Assembly (NCBI GenBank): GCA_038893835.1
Contig: JAWAQR010000008.1
Location: 1 to 51,143, forward strand
Length of the DNA: 51,143 nt
Direction of reading: 5' to 3'
Source of the DNA: Archaeoglobaceae archaeon
GTDB lineage: Archaea; Halobacteriota; Archaeoglobi; Archaeoglobales; Archaeoglobaceae
Shown: one piece after another, positions 48,382-51,143 of the stretch
How positions within the stretch are numbered: position 1 is the stretch's first letter
How the letters are laid out: each line of letters begins with the position of its first letter
Made by a program: the position numbers and the translations under genes
Notes under the pieces: model-generated
The model's database searches: none
What the model saw: only the letters and a program-made list of their open reading frames with translations
What the model was told of the DNA's origin: nothing

Positions 48382-48918
48382 ATGGATGAACTGGAAATTC
48401 TCAGAAAATACGTCAAAGACGATTCTCTTATCAAACACTGTATCGCTACTGCTTACATAATGAGAGAAGTTGCAAAAAAGCTTGGTGAAGATGAGAAAGT
48501 TTACTGGAAAGTTGGACTTCTGCATGATATAGACTTTGAACTCTGTGGCGGAGATATGAACAAGCATGGAATACTGGCGGAAGAGATCTTGAGAAAAGAG
48601 GGTTTTGGAGATATTGCTGAAATAGTAAAGAGGCACAATCACCATCTCTTCAAGGATCATGAAGAAAAGATAGAAATCGCACTGCAAGCTTCTGATAGTA
48701 TTTCAGGGCTTATAATTGCCTGTGCTTTAGTTAAAGAAGGTAAAGTGAGTGAAGTGAGTGTTAAAACCGTGAAAAAGAAATTTAAAGAAAAGAGTTTCGC
48801 TGCTGGATGCAATAGGGATAGGATAAGGCTGATAGAAAAGATAATGCCACTCGAAGAGTTTTTCGAAGTTGCAATAAGAGGTGTGGCAAATGCAAAAGAC
48901 TTTCTAAACTTGAAATGA
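48382..48918 (+). CDS. HD/HDIG-domain metal-dependent phosphohydrolase
   Basis: KHC, GLLHDID, HG, HN, D..SGLI.A.AL, KKFKEKSFAAG.NR. Confidence 0.9.
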   Translation: MDELEILRKYVKDDSLIKHCIATAYIMREVAKKLGEDEKVYWKVGLLHDIDFELCGGDMNKHGILAEEILRKEGFGDIAEIVKRHNHHLFKDHEEKIEIALQASDSISGLIIACALVKEGKVSEVSVKTVKKKFKEKSFAAGCNRDRIRLIEKIMPLEEFFEVAIRGVANAKDFLNLK

Positions 48919-48955
48919 TGAATAAATTTTTAAGAAATGTTGCAAAAAGGATTCC

Positions 48956-50251
48956 ATGAAATACTTGGACTACGTGGATAAAGAATACAAACCAACAGAT
49001 GATGAACTACTAGTTTCCTTTTACGTAAAGCCAGCTGAAGGTTTCTCAATTGAAGAAGTAGCTGGAGCGATAGCTGCTGAAAGCAGCACTGGAACTTGGA
49101 CAGAGTTAACTAACTGGTATGATGCTGGGAGAGTGAGAGAACTTTCAGCCAAGGTCTATGAGTTTAGAAGTTTTGGGGATGGATGGATTATAAAGATAAG
49201 TTATCCAGTGGATCTATTTGAGCCAGGAAACATTCCAGGATTGCTCGCTTCGATTGCTGGAAACATATTTGGAATGAGAAGGATTTTAAAGTTGAAATTA
49301 CTCGATCTTCGTCTTCCAAAAAAAATCGTCAAAGATTTTAAAGGTCCGGTGAAAGGTTTGGAAGTGAAAAAGATATTTGGTGTTGAGAGACCAATAGTTG
49401 GAACTGTTCCTAAGCCAAAAGTTGGATACAACGTTGAAGAGCTTGAAAGACTTGCCTATGAACTTCTAATCGGTGGTTTAGACTTCATAAAAGACGATGA
49501 AAATCTCACCAGTCCAAGCTTTTGCAAGTTTGAGAAGAGATGCGAAAGAGTGATGAGGGTAATAGAAAAAGTTGAGAGGGAAACAGGAGAAAGGAAGGCA
49601 TGGCTTGCAAACATAACTGCAGATGTGAGGGAAATGGAAAAAAGGCTAAAGCTCGTCGCAGATCATGGAAATCCATATGTCATGGTAGACGTAGTAATAG
49701 TTGGATGGAGCTCTTTGAGCTATATAAGGGATCTCGTCGAAGAATATAACCTTGCAATTCATGGGCATAGAGCGATGCATGCAGCTTTTACTAGGCATGA
49801 ACATGGAATTTCCATGTTCGCACTCGCAAAACTTTACAGAACAATTGGAATCGATCAGCTCCACATAGGCACGGCTGGACTTGGGAAGCTTGAAAGTGCA
49901 AGGGATGAAGCTATGCAGATTGCCGAAATGCTCAGAAGTGATAAGTATATCCCAAAAGCTGAATATCAATTTCTACAGGATTTCTGGGAAATTAAAAAAG
50001 CTATACCAGTTTCCTCAGGTGGTCTACATCCAGGGGTTTTACCAGCTGTGGTGGAAACACTTGGAAAAGATTTGGTCATTCAAATCGGTGGAGGTGTGCT
50101 TGGACACCCAGATGGAGCAAAGGCTGGAGCTATGGCTGTGAGACAGGCGCTTGAAGCTATTGAAAATGGAGTTGACATAGAGGAGTATGCTAGAAGCAAA
50201 AGAGAGCTAGCTAGAGCTTTGGAGAAGTGGGGAAGAAGAGTGCAGATTTAG
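48956..50251 (+). CDS. rbcL: Form III ribulose-1,5-bisphosphate carboxylase large chain
   Basis: [40 protein letters not shown], loop-6 [18 protein letters not shown]. Catalytic residues are intact. Confidence 0.95.
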   Translation: MKYLDYVDKEYKPTDDELLVSFYVKPAEGFSIEEVAGAIAAESSTGTWTELTNWYDAGRVRELSAKVYEFRSFGDGWIIKISYPVDLFEPGNIPGLLASIAGNIFGMRRILKLKLLDLRLPKKIVKDFKGPVKGLEVKKIFGVERPIVGTVPKPKVGYNVEELERLAYELLIGGLDFIKDDENLTSPSFCKFEKRCERVMRVIEKVERETGERKAWLANITADVREMEKRLKLVADHGNPYVMVDVVIVGWSSLSYIRDLVEEYNLAIHGHRAMHAAFTRHEHGISMFALAKLYRTIGIDQLHIGTAGLGKLESARDEAMQIAEMLRSDKYIPKAEYQFLQDFWEIKKAIPVSSGGLHPGVLPAVVETLGKDLVIQIGGGVLGHPDGAKAGAMAVRQALEAIENGVDIEEYARSKRELARALEKWGRRVQI

Positions 50252-51141
50252 ATTTTAGAATTTAACTCCCTTCTTAACTCACCAATACTCGCAATTTTTT
50301 CCGCAACCACGTTATGCTGGTGAATGCTTTCCTCATTTTCCTGTCTCAAAAAGACAACAATATCATCTGGAGCGTTAGGATATAGTCTGAGAATTTCTGC
50401 AGCCATTTTTCTTACGCTGTCTTCAACAAACATTGGATTGCTATGAGCTCTCTCAACAACTTCTAATTCATCATCCCTTTTCAGGATTTCGAAGGTTTCA
50501 AAGCTCATCGCCGACTTCGCTATTTCTATAAGACTCATTATCGAGACATGAAAATCTTCTCTGACCTGTATTTTTATCCTAGCCTTCCCCCGCTGATTGT
50601 GTGAAGAAACTGGGATTGCGGAAAGGATTCTCATACTTTCAACTTTATCATATCCCATTTCCATCAATTTTTCCAAAGCCCTAGATCTGATCAGTTCTTG
50701 GGCACAGGGACAGACAGTTATACCACTCACCTCAGCCCCAACAAATACCATCCTTTTACCATTTCTCACGACCATTGCATCGCTGAAAATCTTCACAACT
50801 TCCTGCGTCCTCTGCCCACTTTTTGGAGCTCTCTTTCTCATTATAAAATCTGCCACCATGGAAACTTCTGACTTCGTCGCATATTCATGCCTTTCAAGCA
50901 AGTTTTCAGCTATTTTAATCGTCAAATCTTCTATATGCTCTATTGGCTGGGCTGTGAGATTTTCTAGGACTTCATCGATCACTTCAAAGTTTCTGCTGAG
51001 ACTCACACCCTTAAGATGGGGAGGCAGATTCACAAAAACATCGAACGTGGAAATGAGGATTATAGGTCTTTTTTCCTTTCTTAAAATCTGTACAAGCTTT
51101 TTTATACCAGTAACCCCAACTCTGCTCAGCTCGATTGGAAA
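50248..51141 (-). CDS. mptA: GTP cyclohydrolase MptA (FolE2 family, methanopterin synthesis), 5'-truncated by window edge
   Basis: The frame is open to the window end ([15 protein letters not shown]...); [43 protein letters not shown]. Confidence 0.9.
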   Translation of the reverse strand, partial: FPIELSRVGVTGIKKLVQILRKEKRPIILISTFDVFVNLPPHLKGVSLSRNFEVIDEVLENLTAQPIEHIEDLTIKIAENLLERHEYATKSEVSMVADFIMRKRAPKSGQRTQEVVKIFSDAMVVRNGKRMVFVGAEVSGITVCPCAQELIRSRALEKLMEMGYDKVESMRILSAIPVSSHNQRGKARIKIQVREDFHVSIMSLIEIAKSAMSFETFEILKRDDELEVVERAHSNPMFVEDSVRKMAAEILRLYPNAPDDIVVFLRQENEESIHQHNVVAEKIASIGELRRELNSKI

Positions 51142-51143
51142 AT

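Noticed and set aside
48956-50251. RuBisCO-like protein (form IV) or evidence of a Calvin cycle
   Set aside because: Catalytic motifs (KDDE, HRAMH, loop-6 Lys) indicate true form III, and no rbcS or prk is in the window.

Overview
A gene-dense stretch of an archaeal chromosome, most consistent with Archaeoglobi (Archaeoglobaceae). The gene set includes PolD DP2, an fwdG-B-D-like operon, MptA, form III RuBisCO, a translin next to tiaS and an IMPase next to NAD kinase. It is mostly housekeeping: replication and repair (DP2, FEN1, Nth, OGG, ScpB), tRNA and ribosome biology (Elp3, Trm5, Taw1, Taw2, TiaS, DtdA, NMD3, Brix, aIF2-beta, GTPBP1), and amino-acid, nucleotide and cofactor synthesis. Two RNA genes were read directly from the sequence: tRNA-Ser(UGA) at 11409-11490, and a three-hairpin box H/ACA guide RNA (Afu-4/HgcG/Pab40-type) at about 26282-26499 whose pockets can be matched by eye to conserved rRNA sites. 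No transposase, integrase, CRISPR array or intein was seen. The best leads for new biology are: (1) a stand-alone fwdG-B-D operon whose B subunit keeps the metal-ligating Cys but has lost the neighbouring catalytic His and the active-site Arg, with a degenerate D subunit; (2) an unannotated locus at 20849-23558 with a nuclease-fold/multi-winged-helix protein, a long inverted repeat, an orphan CARF-like/wHTH regulator and a GIFT/DUF4350-like protein; (3) a UDP-galactopyranose-mutase-like flavoprotein coupled to a membrane GT2; (4) a split ferritin-like gene. All family calls come from motif recognition; no database search was run.
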